Assembly (NCBI GenBank): GCA_039201235.1
Contig: JBCCRT010000003.1
Location: 357-64,356 of the forward strand
Reading direction: 5' to 3'
DNA length: 64,000 nucleotides
DNA from: Planctomycetota bacterium
GTDB lineage: Bacteria > Planctomycetota > Phycisphaerae > Phycisphaerales > Phycisphaeraceae
This document shows positions 23,697 through 33,840 of the stretch, piece by piece (within the stretch, counting starts at the first letter, position 1; each line of letters starts with the position of its first letter). A model generated the notes under the pieces. It had not been told where the DNA came from, did not search any database, and was given only the letters and a program-made list of their open reading frames with translations. The translations under genes and the position numbers were made by a program.

Positions 23697-24052
23697 CACG
23701 CCTGTACCCGCCCGGCCACGCCGCGATCGAGAACGGCTCCACGCGTGCCCCCGATCCGCCCACGCTCCCCCGGCACCCTAGCCGAGCGCGGCTACCGCTG
23801 CCGCGTCGCGGGCAAGACCCATTTCGGCCCGGTCCCCGATGCGTTCGAGCCCACCTCGAAATGCCCGGCTCCGGGGCCGGCACCGACCTGCGGCGCGACG
23901 CCGCCGGCGTACCGATCAACCTCACTATCCAGATCACTCGACCCAGGTCCGCGATCCACCAAGACTTCCGTCTCGAAACCGACAAGTAGAGCGGTCCCGA
24001 TCGGTCAATGTCGGACCGACATCTGGTTCAGGTGTCGCATGAGTTGCTCGGC

Positions 24053-25972
24053 TTACAGGTCTTCATTTGCTTTCAGGTTATTTAAGGCTTCCTGCCAGTT
24101 GATGCGGCCAAAAAATTCGGCCGCTTCGAGAGGCGTCCGTACCCCCGGTGATGCGCCCGGTAAGTCTTGCGGATCGATCCCGTTCCGATCAAGCCACGCG
24201 ACAAAGTCCTGGGCAAAATTGGCGTCGGTCAGGGGGCTGGCGACCGCGCTGTGCAGCCAGGTGTAGCCGTTGTCCAGGGTGACGTCGGGCGAGTTGCCGA
24301 AGTCGTCGGCGCGGGTCACGAGCAGGGCGAGCGAATCCGCCGCGCCGGTCTGGGCGGCCCGGTGGAGCCAGGCGCGGTGCGCCTCGCTGACGCCGGGATC
24401 GAAGCGGCCGGACACCTGATCCGCGAGTCGGCCGAGCCGATCGGCAACCGCCGCGTCGCGGGGGGACGACTTGGATAATTCGGCGTTGATCTCACCGATC
24501 AGGCCGGCGAGCGGGTCCGGGGTCGGTTGCGGCGCTGGGGGTGCGGGCGGAGCGACGCGGACCGCAGAGGTTTCGTCGATGAGCGTTTGCTGCTCCGCAA
24601 GCGACGTGGACCCGATACGCTCCCCTTGATTCGAGACACGAGGTTCGGTTGCCGCTTCTGCCGATTCGCGGATTGGAGTGGTGCCGGTGTCGTTTTCGGC
24701 GAGCCGATCGTCGGCCGATTCGGTGGGACCCGCTTCCTGCGTCGAGGCAGTGGTTTCTTGATCCGCGTGATCGGGGGTCGTGTCCGCGACGGTCTCGGGG
24801 TCGTCGCTGAGCAGAACATTCAGCCCGTATGCCGCCCCGATTCCGGAGCCGAGGATCAGCAGCGACAGGACGGCCAGCCGGCGGCCTCGTCTGCGGGTGG
24901 GGCGGGGTGCGGCCGTGACGGCCGAGGTCTCGGGACGGCCCGCGGCGGCGGCGGGGCTGTGGATGGGCTCGTCGCCGTCACGGATTGCCAGCAGGTCTTC
25001 GTGCAGGTCCTCCATGGTGGCGTAGCGTTCTTTGGCGCGGCGGCCCAGTGCGTGGGAGATCACCCGGGCGAGGCGGGGGTCGAGGCCCGGGTGCGCGAGG
25101 GTGGGCGCGACGGGTTCCTGCAGGCGTTTCTTTTTCTCCAGGGCCGCGAAGTCGGTGGCCTCGTAGGGCCGACGCCCGGTCGCCAGTTCGTAGAGCATGA
25201 CGCCGAAGGCGTAGATGTCGGTGGGGACGTTGCCGGCCTTGCCGTCGAACAACTCGGGCGCCATGTACATGGCGGTGCCGACCTTGAACCGGTTGGTTTG
25301 CGCGGTGGGTTTGTCGGTGACGGTCGCCTCGTCGCCGGTGTTGTCGCGGGACAGGCCGAAGTCGACGAAGACGGGCTCGCCGTCGTCTTTCAGCAAGACG
25401 TTGTGCGGCTTGATGTCGCGGTGGCTCACGCCCTTCTGGTCGTGGACGTATCGGACCGCGTCGGCGAGCGGGATCGACAGCCGCAGGACCTCGTCGAGGT
25501 CGAGGGGTTGGCCGGCGGCTTTGATCCGGTCCGCGAGGGAGCCGCCCGGCAGGTGGGTCATGGTGTAGTACGGCGGGTCGTGTTCGTCTTCGATGTCGAA
25601 GACCTCGATGATCGCGGGGTGCGACATCGACCGGAGCTGTCGGGCCTCTTTGACGAGGCGGCGGCAACGCGCGGCGTCCCGGGCGAATTCGGGGAGGGGC
25701 GTCTTGAGCGCAACATCGGGTCCGCCGGACAGGGGCCGGGCCAGGTAGATACGGCCCTCGCCGCCCTCGGCGTAGGGCTTGCGAGACGCGGGGTCGGGGC
25801 TGCCGATGAGCCGGTACTTGCCGAGCAGCGGCGCCTCGTCGTCGGGCTCGCGCAGCACGCTGGTCGTGTCGAGGTCCCCGTCGTCGGCCGCGGGCGGCTG
25901 CGCTTGGGGCTCGGGCGTGAGCGCGCGGGTCGTGTCGGGGTCGTCGCGGCGGGGTTCGTCGGGGGTGGTCAT
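24053..25972 (-). CDS. Hanks-type Ser/Thr protein kinase with TM helix and ankyrin-like extracytoplasmic end
   Basis: AEGGEGRIY, VALK, HRDIKPHNVL, DFGLS, GTAMYMAPE; TM LAVLSLLILGSGIGAAYGL; ankyrin-like 'WLHRAAQTG', 'GYTWLHSAV', 'TPLEAA'. Confidence 0.9.
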   Translation of the reverse strand: MTTPDEPRRDDPDTTRALTPEPQAQPPAADDGDLDTTSVLREPDDEAPLLGKYRLIGSPDPASRKPYAEGGEGRIYLARPLSGGPDVALKTPLPEFARDAARCRRLVKEARQLRSMSHPAIIEVFDIEDEHDPPYYTMTHLPGGSLADRIKAAGQPLDLDEVLRLSIPLADAVRYVHDQKGVSHRDIKPHNVLLKDDGEPVFVDFGLSRDNTGDEATVTDKPTAQTNRFKVGTAMYMAPELFDGKAGNVPTDIYAFGVMLYELATGRRPYEATDFAALEKKKRLQEPVAPTLAHPGLDPRLARVISHALGRRAKERYATMEDLHEDLLAIRDGDEPIHSPAAAAGRPETSAVTAAPRPTRRRGRRLAVLSLLILGSGIGAAYGLNVLLSDDPETVADTTPDHADQETTASTQEAGPTESADDRLAENDTGTTPIRESAEAATEPRVSNQGERIGSTSLAEQQTLIDETSAVRVAPPAPPAPQPTPDPLAGLIGEINAELSKSSPRDAAVADRLGRLADQVSGRFDPGVSEAHRAWLHRAAQTGAADSLALLVTRADDFGNSPDVTLDNGYTWLHSAVASPLTDANFAQDFVAWLDRNGIDPQDLPGASPGVRTPLEAAEFFGRINWQEALNNLKANEDL

Positions 25973-26024
25973 CTCGGCCTTTCGCTCAGCCCGCGACGCG
26001 GGGCGGGTCCGGGTGGCGGAGTCT

Positions 26025-26987
26025 TCAGTCGGGCTGCGGCACGGCGAGGTCCCGGATCTGTTCGATCCGTTCGCGCGAGGGCGGGTGCGTGCGGTAGTGA
26101 TTGGCGAGTTGCGTTTCGAGTTCTTCGAAAACCGTCTCGGGCTCGTCGGCCGGGGCGAGCGATTCGTTGGCGGCCCGGGCGAGGAGCTCGAACGTCCCGA
26201 TCGCGTCGGCGGCGGTGACGCCCAGGTCCCGCGTCTCGACGAAGCCCCACGCGTCGGCCTCGAATTCCTGGTCTTCGCTATAGCCCACGCCGACGTGCTG
26301 ACTGAGGATGGTCATCACCACGAGCGAGACGTTGTCGCCCGTGAGCAGGCCGAGGCGTTCGGCGTAGGTCCAGGGGCTGTCGGTGTGGCCCAGCTCGACG
26401 TGCGCGACCTCGTGGCCGATGACGAAGGTGAGCTGCGCGTCGTCGAGCCGATCCATCAACGCGGTGTGGAGGTAGATGAACCCCCCGGCGGTGGCGAAAG
26501 CGTTGAGCGTGTCGGACGCGACCGGCCGGACCTGGTAGTCGAACCCGCGCCGGGCTTTCGCGATCACCGGCCGGGCGAGGCGGTCGGCCCGCTCGGCGTA
26601 GGGGCCGCGCTCGATCAGGGCGCCTTCTTCGGCGTAGAAGTCGCGGATCAGCCGACCGCAGCGGCGGAGCTCGTCGTCGTCAAGCCCGGCGGCTTCCTGT
26701 ACGAGGCCGTCGAGCAGCCGGCTGCCCCGCTGGGCCTGTCGTACGGCCCGGGCGATCAGACGCCGGGTGTTCCGGTCCAGCGTCCCGAGCCGGTCGGTGT
26801 CGTCCCCGACGCGGCCGGTGTCGTCGGTATCGTCAGTAGGCTTGGCGGGGGCGGTCTCGTCGGCGCTCGTGGCAATCAGGGGCGAGCCTTGCGGGGGCAG
26901 GTCTTCGGCACACCCGGCCGGTGCGATGGCCAGGACGCCGAACAAGCAGACCAACCAACCGAGCAGGTGCGGGCGGCGGGGGCTCAC
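26025..26987 (-). CDS. M48 family metallopeptidase (probable lipoprotein)
   Basis: NAFATAGGFIY, GHEVAH, EFEAD, THPPSRERI; lipobox-like PAGC. The GTG start overlaps the upstream TGA. Confidence 0.9.
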   Translation of the reverse strand: MSPRRPHLLGWLVCLFGVLAIAPAGCAEDLPPQGSPLIATSADETAPAKPTDDTDDTGRVGDDTDRLGTLDRNTRRLIARAVRQAQRGSRLLDGLVQEAAGLDDDELRRCGRLIRDFYAEEGALIERGPYAERADRLARPVIAKARRGFDYQVRPVASDTLNAFATAGGFIYLHTALMDRLDDAQLTFVIGHEVAHVELGHTDSPWTYAERLGLLTGDNVSLVVMTILSQHVGVGYSEDQEFEADAWGFVETRDLGVTAADAIGTFELLARAANESLAPADEPETVFEELETQLANHYRTHPPSRERIEQIRDLAVPQPD

Positions 26988-28792
26988 GGGGTGTCTCCCG
27001 CGGCCCCGTGGACCAAGGTCATCTTGCCTTCTTCGAACGCGCCGACGCCCAGCGGCAGCGTGGACAGGTCGGCCCGCAGGCGTTCGACGAAGTCGGCGGC
27101 CGGCCCCCGGTAATGCACCTCGATCGAGTAGGGCTGATCGGCCTGCCAGGTGGGGAGTTTGGTGCGGACGACCTCGCTGCGTCCCCGGGCGATGTTGCCC
27201 ACGCGGTTCACGAAGTCGAAGCTCGGCGAGCGCAGGACCACGAGGTCCATGATCTGGATGCCGTTGTCGCCGGCGACGACCTGCGCGGCGGTGGTGCCGG
27301 TGAGGTAGCGGGCGGCGTGGGTGGCTTCGTCGGGGACCCGCTCGCCCGGCGGCACGGCGGCCGCGTCGCCCGGGAACACCGACGAGCCGAGGACGCGGTC
27401 GGCCTGGAGGTCCACCAGCCGGGCCAGCGTGCGCGGCGGCGCATCGGGCCGCAGCCCCGGGACGATCTCAAGGACGAACGCCCATTCGGCACGGCGGCGG
27501 AGGTTTTCCGGCAGGGCCTGCTCGACGTCCTTGACGCTACCCCAAGGGTGGCGGGAGAAGTCGACCTGCGCCGGCTCGACCGCGACGACGTCCACCCCGA
27601 GTCCGCGGAGCTGCCGCTCGATCGAGGCGACCAGGATCGTGCCGGCCCCGGACAGGGCCAGGCCCTCGGGCTGGTCCGCCAACTGCCGGATCAGGTTCGG
27701 GTCGGCGTACTTGATGACCGCGACCGACGGCTGGCCGTTGGCTTCCAGCGCCGCCCGCCACGCCTCGTTGATCGTCGACGAGGGGTCGCCGCCGGTCAGC
27801 GCCCACCAGGCCGGCACCGACGAGACGGCGAAGATCACGTCCCCGCCGGTTTCGCGGAGCGGCTGCGCGGTGAGGCCGGCCTCGGCCATCGCGTCCTCGA
27901 CGCCGATCACCAGGTCGTCGAGCATGAAGTGCGGCGGGTCGTTGACGCGGAGGTCGGCGGTGGCGACGTCGAGCCCGTTCTCCCGGGTGCTGCGGAGGTT
28001 GATGCGTCGGCCCTCGACGCCGACGGCGCTGCCGACCGCGTCCTTGAGCTTGACGCGGTCGCGGCGGTCGATCGTCCCGGTGAACTGGAGCCGCAGCAGG
28101 AACGGCGGCCGCAGCGCCGCGGGCAGCCCGCCGCTCACCGCGTTGAGCTGCGGGTCGTAACCCATCATCTCGTTCATCCAGTAGGTCACGCTGTGCTGGA
28201 CCCAGGCGGCGAGGTTGATGTTGGGGAAGCGGCGGCGGTCTTCGTAGAACTGGCTCGAGATGCTGTTGAGCACCCGCCCGGTGGCGACCTCGACGAAGCG
28301 GAGGGTGACGGGCCCGGCCGAGGCCTGGCGTTGCGGGTCCGGGCCGACCTCGACCGTGATGAGGTAGGGGGCCGAGGCGAACTCGACGACCTCCCGCTTG
28401 AAGGTTTCGGATGGGTTGTCAGTCACGTTTTGCCGGCGGAGGATACGCTGCGCCCGCTCGGGGCTGACCTCGATCGAGAGGACGTTGATTTGGTCGCCGG
28501 TGTAGCGGCGGAGCTGGCTTTCGATCTCCGCACCCAGCGCGCGGATGAGCGGGGGCTGGGTCGGGGCGACCGTGCCCTGGGCGGTGATCTGAACGACGGC
28601 GACGCTGATCGACAGGTCGCCGAAGTTTTCGATGAATTGTTGGACCGCCTGCGTGCCGGCCTGGATCGCGTCGGGCCGGGGCGCGGCCGGGATGGTGTTA
28701 CCGGTCGGCCGGGCGTGGGCGGCGGCGGCGGCGAGAGCCACGAGCAACGCGGCGGCACAACGCAGGGTGCGTGGGTGCTGGTGGAAGGGCAT
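26984..28792 (-). CDS. secreted protein with two CsgG/LpoB/TolB-N-like domains
   Basis: Signal peptide ending AAHA. Two copies of the pattern 'SVAV....IE.QLR......A.Y/W...E.....L[RA].V[ED]...[GD]RVL'. Start at ATG 28792 rather than the ORF-track start. Confidence 0.55.
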   Translation of the reverse strand: MPFHQHPRTLRCAAALLVALAAAAAHARPTGNTIPAAPRPDAIQAGTQAVQQFIENFGDLSISVAVVQITAQGTVAPTQPPLIRALGAEIESQLRRYTGDQINVLSIEVSPERAQRILRRQNVTDNPSETFKREVVEFASAPYLITVEVGPDPQRQASAGPVTLRFVEVATGRVLNSISSQFYEDRRRFPNINLAAWVQHSVTYWMNEMMGYDPQLNAVSGGLPAALRPPFLLRLQFTGTIDRRDRVKLKDAVGSAVGVEGRRINLRSTRENGLDVATADLRVNDPPHFMLDDLVIGVEDAMAEAGLTAQPLRETGGDVIFAVSSVPAWWALTGGDPSSTINEAWRAALEANGQPSVAVIKYADPNLIRQLADQPEGLALSGAGTILVASIERQLRGLGVDVVAVEPAQVDFSRHPWGSVKDVEQALPENLRRRAEWAFVLEIVPGLRPDAPPRTLARLVDLQADRVLGSSVFPGDAAAVPPGERVPDEATHAARYLTGTTAAQVVAGDNGIQIMDLVVLRSPSFDFVNRVGNIARGRSEVVRTKLPTWQADQPYSIEVHYRGPAADFVERLRADLSTLPLGVGAFEEGKMTLVHGAAGDTP

Positions 28793-28872
28793 CGGATCGG
28801 TTCCTGCGGGGCGGTCGTGGTCAGGTGAAGCCCCGCCGGCTCGGTGGGGAGCCGGCGGGCGTAGGGGTTGGG

Positions 28873-29742
28873 TCAGCCGGCGGTATCGAGCTTGCTGCCG
28901 TCTTGGCCGCTGTTGCGGCGGCGCATCTCTTCGGCATCGACGATCCACTCGCCGAGGTAGGGTTGATAGAAGTACTTGACCTCCGCGCCGCTGATGCCTT
29001 CGGTGGTGCGGGTGGCGGGCGCGGCGATGTTGCCGATGCCGGTGTACTCGACGCTGTAGTTTTTCTGGTTGGCGTCGGCGGCGATGCTGAGGTTCAGCAC
29101 GAGCAGGTTTTCCTGGTTGTAGACGTAGGTGTTGCCGCCGTCTTGGATCGCGTTGCCGCCGCCCGCGCCGGCCGCGGAGAAGTACTGCTCGGCCTCCTTC
29201 GGGGTCATCGACAGGTAGTACCACCGGTCGCCGAGGCCTTCTTTGGTCAGCAGGTCACCCATGAACTGCTGGATCTCCAGGGCCCCGCGGGACGAGGTGC
29301 CAAGCGGTTTGTTGTCCGGCCCGGTGAGTTCGCCCAGAAGGATCAACCCGCTGCCGCCGCCCCGCAGGTACTGCTCCTGGCTGCGGATCGCGTCGGCGAC
29401 GTTGCCGCGGATGCTCTGGAGCAGCCCGCCGACGCCACCCTTGGGCAGCTCGGCCGTCTGCGCGGCGGCGATCTCCTGCTCGAAGTCTTCGCTCATCCCG
29501 CCGAACATGTCGGCCAGCTCCGGGCTGAACGCCTTGGTGAAGGACTGTACGCCCTGCTGCTGGTTCTGCTGGTCTTCGATGTCGTCCCACGAGTACTGGG
29601 CCGACCAGTTGTTCGCGCGGTGGCGTTTCTCGGCGGCGCTGAGCGACGATTGGCAGCCCGTGCCGAAGCAGAGGGCCAGCGCCCCCAGGGTCAGGCAGGC
29701 CAGCGGGAATCGGCGGGGGCGGTCGTTCGGTCCGGTCGTCAT
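28873..29742 (-). CDS. lipoprotein, hypothetical
   Basis: MTTGPNDRPRRFPLACLTLGALALCFGTG|C lipobox. Confidence 0.7.
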   Translation of the reverse strand: MTTGPNDRPRRFPLACLTLGALALCFGTGCQSSLSAAEKRHRANNWSAQYSWDDIEDQQNQQQGVQSFTKAFSPELADMFGGMSEDFEQEIAAAQTAELPKGGVGGLLQSIRGNVADAIRSQEQYLRGGGSGLILLGELTGPDNKPLGTSSRGALEIQQFMGDLLTKEGLGDRWYYLSMTPKEAEQYFSAAGAGGGNAIQDGGNTYVYNQENLLVLNLSIAADANQKNYSVEYTGIGNIAAPATRTTEGISGAEVKYFYQPYLGEWIVDAEEMRRRNSGQDGSKLDTAG

Positions 29743-29811
29743 GCGATGCTCCAATGGCGGAAAAAAAAAGAGAAGTCAACGTTGTCGCGCGGCGGTCGCG
29801 TCCCGCCCGGG

Positions 29812-32493
29812 CTAGCCGAGGCCCGCGGTCTCGGCCATCTGCTTGAGGCCGGTGCGGACCCGGCGGATAGCTTCGGGGCCGTCTTTCTTGACCATGAACA
29901 CGGTGAGCAGCACGCCGAGCACCGCGACGTGGCCGGCGAGGACCAGCAGCGACAGGGCGTACGCGTCGCCGACCATCTCGTCCAGGCCGTCGAACGCGGG
30001 GTACGCCTCGCCGTCGGGCGGGGCCTGGCCGATCAGGCTGCTGAGCGCCTCCATGCCCCAGTAGCAGGCCACGCCCCACCGGCCGATCTGCTCGGCCGGG
30101 CCGTCGAGCGTGGCCAGCCCGCCGGAAAACAGGATCTGCGGGATGACCACGGCGATCATCAACAGGACCGCGATGTTCGCGCTGTCCTTGCTGCCCGGCA
30201 CCCCCGCGGAGATCGCCAGCCCCATCACCGTGCCCACCATCGACACCAAGAATACCACCGGGAACTGCCACAGCATCGTCCCGGCGTCGAAGTCCGCCAG
30301 CAGGTGGATCGTTCCCAGGAGCAGCCCCGTCTGGACCGCCCCAAGGACCCCGAGCGGCAGCAGCTTGCTGAGCAGGTAGGGGAACAGCTGCAGCTTGACG
30401 AACCGTTCGTGGAAATAGATCGGCAGCTCTTTCACGATCTCTTGCACCGCCGCGAACATGCTCAGGAACATCGCCGCCAGCACGCTGCCGAACAACAGCA
30501 TGCGTTGCTGGCCGTAGTACAGGCGGTAATCCTTGCTCATGTCCGCCAGCCGCTGCTCGTAGTCGGCGGTGTCGTCGACGATGCGTTGGACCTCCGCGGA
30601 CAGCCGGGCCGGGTCCCGCGTGGCGGCGGGGTCGATCGCCTGGTCGGGCTCGGCGAACGACGCGGGCGCGGCCAGGACGTCGGGCACGTCGATCGACTGG
30701 GCGTAGACGCACAACATCCCGCCGATCAGCGGCGCCAGCGCGATTAGCAGGAACAGCATCTTGCGGTCGAGCGTCAGGAGGCGGACGTAGCGGAGCGTCA
30801 GGACACGCAGCTGCAGGAGGAACTCGGCGAAATCCAGGCCCGAGTCGCCCCCGGCTTTCGGGGCCGGGGCCCCGCCGTCGTCGCCGCCGACCCGGGCCTC
30901 GCGGTCGAGCCGACGCCCCTCGTCGGTCCCGAGGAATTTCTCCCGCCACTGCGCCGGCTCGGCCTTTTTCTCCAGGCCGTAGATCTCGCGCAGCTCTTCG
31001 ATCTCGAAGTGGCGTTTCATGTCGGCGGGGTCGCCGTCGAACACCAGCTTGCCCCGCATCAGGCAGATCAGCTTGTCGCACTCCTTGAGCGACTCGAGGA
31101 AGTGGGTGATGCAGATGATGGTCTTGCCGTCATCCGCCAGCTTGCGGAACAGCTCCATCATTTCTTTTTCGGTGCCGAGGTCCAGGCCGCTGGTGACCTC
31201 GTCCAAGAACAGCACGTCGGGGTTCGACAGCAGCTCGATGGCGATCGACACCCGCTTCTTCTGCCCGCCCGAGAGGTCGCGGATCACCGTGCCCCGTCGG
31301 TCGGCGAGGCCCACCACCTCGAGCACGCGGTCGATGTTCCGGTTGATCTCGGCGGCCGAGACGTCGGCGGACAGGCGGAGCCGGCTGCCGTACCGCAGGG
31401 CCTCGCCCAGCGGCAGCGTGTCGTGGAAGATGACCTCCTGGGGCACGTAGCCGATGCCCGACTTGAAGGCGTCGAACTCGCGGTACAGGTCGGCGTCGTT
31501 GAAGAGGACCCGGCCGTCCGTGCCGCGTCGGCGGCCGTTGAGCGCATCCATCAGCGTGGACTTGCCGCAGCCCGACGGGCCCAGGAGCCCGACGAACGAG
31601 TTCGGCGGGATCGTGAAGGAGACGTCGTCGAGCAGGTGCAGCGGCCGGCCCGTCTGGCGGTTGCGCACGACGCGGCCCAGCCCCTGCACGCGGATCTCCA
31701 TGCCCCGCTGGGTGGGCCCGCTGGTGAGGCTCCGGCCGTCGAAGTCGAAGTGGAACGGCCCGATGCTCAGGCGGTCGCCGACCCGCAGCTCGGTACGCCG
31801 GGTGATGGCGACGCCGTTGATCACCGTGCCGTTGGTCGAGTTGAGGTCGCGCACGATCAGCCGGCCGTCGCTGCGTCGGACCTCGGTGTTGAGCCGGGAG
31901 ATGAGCAGGCTGTCGAGGACTTCTTCACACTGCTCGTCGCGGCCCAGCACGATCCGCGGTCGGTCGAGCTCGATCACGCGTCGCTGAACCGTGGACGTGT
32001 CGGTGAGGTCCACCGTCGAGCGGTCGCCCGCCGCGATCGTCTGGTCGATGGACCCGACCCCGCCGGGGGCCGCGGGCTCGGCCAGCCCGACGGTCGGGTC
32101 TTCGGGGCCGGGGGGCGAGGCTCCGGGCGTCGTCTCCCAGCGGCTGAGGTCGATGCTCAGCACGACGTCGCCGACCGAGACCCGGTCGCCGTGGGACAGC
32201 TTCACCGGACGCCAGACCCGCTCGCCGTTGACCTTGACCCCGTTGCGGCTGTCCAGGTCGGTGAGCAAGACCTCACGGCCGCTCAACTCGAGCCGGGCGT
32301 GTTCCCGGCTGAGCACGTCGCGTGGGATCCGCAGGTCCGCCCCCGTGCCCCGCCCGATGGTCAGCGGGCCTTCGGCGGGAACCCAGTCGTGCGACAACTC
32401 CCCGTCTTTTGTGCGGACACTCAGACCGACCGTCGATGCCGTCAGCGATTCTGGCCCACCCGATTCCGGAATACCCACCCGTGTATACCCCAC
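29812..32493 (-). CDS. FHA-FHA-ABC ATPase-ABC2 permease fusion (Rv1747-like exporter)
   Basis: FHA motifs 'TIGRG...SREHA...DLDSRNG' and 'LGRD...SRLN...DLNSTNGT'; GPSGCGKST; LSGGQKKRVSIA; LFLDE; six C-terminal TMs. Confidence 0.92.
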   Translation of the reverse strand: MGYTRVGIPESGGPESLTASTVGLSVRTKDGELSHDWVPAEGPLTIGRGTGADLRIPRDVLSREHARLELSGREVLLTDLDSRNGVKVNGERVWRPVKLSHGDRVSVGDVVLSIDLSRWETTPGASPPGPEDPTVGLAEPAAPGGVGSIDQTIAAGDRSTVDLTDTSTVQRRVIELDRPRIVLGRDEQCEEVLDSLLISRLNTEVRRSDGRLIVRDLNSTNGTVINGVAITRRTELRVGDRLSIGPFHFDFDGRSLTSGPTQRGMEIRVQGLGRVVRNRQTGRPLHLLDDVSFTIPPNSFVGLLGPSGCGKSTLMDALNGRRRGTDGRVLFNDADLYREFDAFKSGIGYVPQEVIFHDTLPLGEALRYGSRLRLSADVSAAEINRNIDRVLEVVGLADRRGTVIRDLSGGQKKRVSIAIELLSNPDVLFLDEVTSGLDLGTEKEMMELFRKLADDGKTIICITHFLESLKECDKLICLMRGKLVFDGDPADMKRHFEIEELREIYGLEKKAEPAQWREKFLGTDEGRRLDREARVGGDDGGAPAPKAGGDSGLDFAEFLLQLRVLTLRYVRLLTLDRKMLFLLIALAPLIGGMLCVYAQSIDVPDVLAAPASFAEPDQAIDPAATRDPARLSAEVQRIVDDTADYEQRLADMSKDYRLYYGQQRMLLFGSVLAAMFLSMFAAVQEIVKELPIYFHERFVKLQLFPYLLSKLLPLGVLGAVQTGLLLGTIHLLADFDAGTMLWQFPVVFLVSMVGTVMGLAISAGVPGSKDSANIAVLLMIAVVIPQILFSGGLATLDGPAEQIGRWGVACYWGMEALSSLIGQAPPDGEAYPAFDGLDEMVGDAYALSLLVLAGHVAVLGVLLTVFMVKKDGPEAIRRVRTGLKQMAETAGLG

Positions 32494-32687
32494 TGTCCCG
32501 AGAAATTTTTAATACCCATTTCACACAGTAACATATCCGCGAGGCCGGGGCGGCGGTATGTCGAACGATCGGATCGGCACGGCGACACGTCTTGACACCC
32601 GGCTTTGCTTGTGTTGGGGTAGGCTGACAGAGGGTATGGGTTGGGGCCGATCCGCGGCCACAGGTACGCGGGTCGGTGGCTGAGGAC

Positions 32688-33836
32688 ATGAAGCGGATTA
32701 TCTCGATCGACGGCGGCGGTATCCGGGGCATCTTCGCCCTGCAGATCCTCGGTCGTATCGAAGCGCTGATGCGGCAGCGCCGCGGCCGCCGCGACTTGGT
32801 ATTGGCCGACGAGGTGGATTTTTTCGCGGGCACCAGCACCGGGGCGGTGATCGCGACCTGTCTGAGCTGGGGCATGACCGTGGCGCAGATCGAGCGCTTG
32901 TACGTCGAGAGCGGCTCGGCGATGTTCGCCCGATCGCCCTGGCGGCTGCGTTGGCGGGCGAAGTACCGGGCGGATCGGCTGGCGGCGTATTTCCGCGAGC
33001 TGTTCGCCGAGCCGGACGGGACCCCGGCAACCCTGGGTACGCGGCGGCTGCGGACGCTCCTGCTCGTCGTCGTCCGCAACGCGACCACGGGTTCGCCCTG
33101 GCCGCTGACCAACCACCCCGAGGCGAAGTACAACCGCAGCGAAGCCGGCGCGGAGCGCAACCTGGACATCCCGCTGTGGCAGTTGTTGCGTGCCAGCACG
33201 GCCGCGCCGACTTACTTCACGCCCGAAATGATCGAGATCGGTGGCCGGACCTTTCTCTTCGTGGACGGGGGCATCACGCCCTACAACAACCCGGCGCTGC
33301 TCTCGGCGATGATGGCGACCCTGCCGTGTTACGCGATCAACTGGCCGACCGGGCCGGACCGCCTGCACCTGACCTCGGTCGGGACGGGCGGCACCCGGAC
33401 ACTGCTGCGGAGCCCACGGTCGGAGTCGGTGAGCATCTTCCGGCAGATCGGCTTCGTGCCGCCCGCGTTGATCGGCTCGGTGTCCGACCAGCAAGACATG
33501 CTCTGCCGGGTCCTGGGCCGGTGCCTGCACGGCGCGGAACTCGACCGCGAGGTGGGGCGGCTCGACGGCCCCTCGCTGCTGGACGCTTCCGAGCAGAAAT
33601 TCGCTTACCTGCGTTACAACCGCCGGCTGGACGTGGCGGGCGACGCCTCGCTGCTGCCGCCGCTGGCCAAGGCGAAGCTCGACGACCTGAGCCTGATCCC
33701 CGAGCTCCGGGAACTGGGCCGGGACTACGCGGAGAGGCACGTCCACCCCGAACACCTTTTCCCGGCCGACGCCGACGCCGACGACGGCGTCGATACTGCT
33801 GCCGCCGCCCCGCGGCCCTCGGCGGACGAGGCGTAG
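32688..33836 (+). CDS. patatin-like phospholipase
   Basis: ISIDGGGIRG, GTSTG (catalytic Ser), VDGG (catalytic Asp); RBS GAGGA. Confidence 0.92.
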   Translation: MKRIISIDGGGIRGIFALQILGRIEALMRQRRGRRDLVLADEVDFFAGTSTGAVIATCLSWGMTVAQIERLYVESGSAMFARSPWRLRWRAKYRADRLAAYFRELFAEPDGTPATLGTRRLRTLLLVVVRNATTGSPWPLTNHPEAKYNRSEAGAERNLDIPLWQLLRASTAAPTYFTPEMIEIGGRTFLFVDGGITPYNNPALLSAMMATLPCYAINWPTGPDRLHLTSVGTGGTRTLLRSPRSESVSIFRQIGFVPPALIGSVSDQQDMLCRVLGRCLHGAELDREVGRLDGPSLLDASEQKFAYLRYNRRLDVAGDASLLPPLAKAKLDDLSLIPELRELGRDYAERHVHPEHLFPADADADDGVDTAAAAPRPSADEA

Positions 33837-33840
33837 CGTC

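Noticed and set aside
18900-23699. 1599-aa antisense ORF
   Set aside because: Mirror frame of the giant LEPR-XLL gene; V/G/A-rich and without recognisable motifs.
29761-29769. A9 homopolymer as a phase-variation tract or terminator
   Set aside because: Intergenic, with no convincing upstream stem on the minus strand and no frame to disrupt; insufficient evidence.
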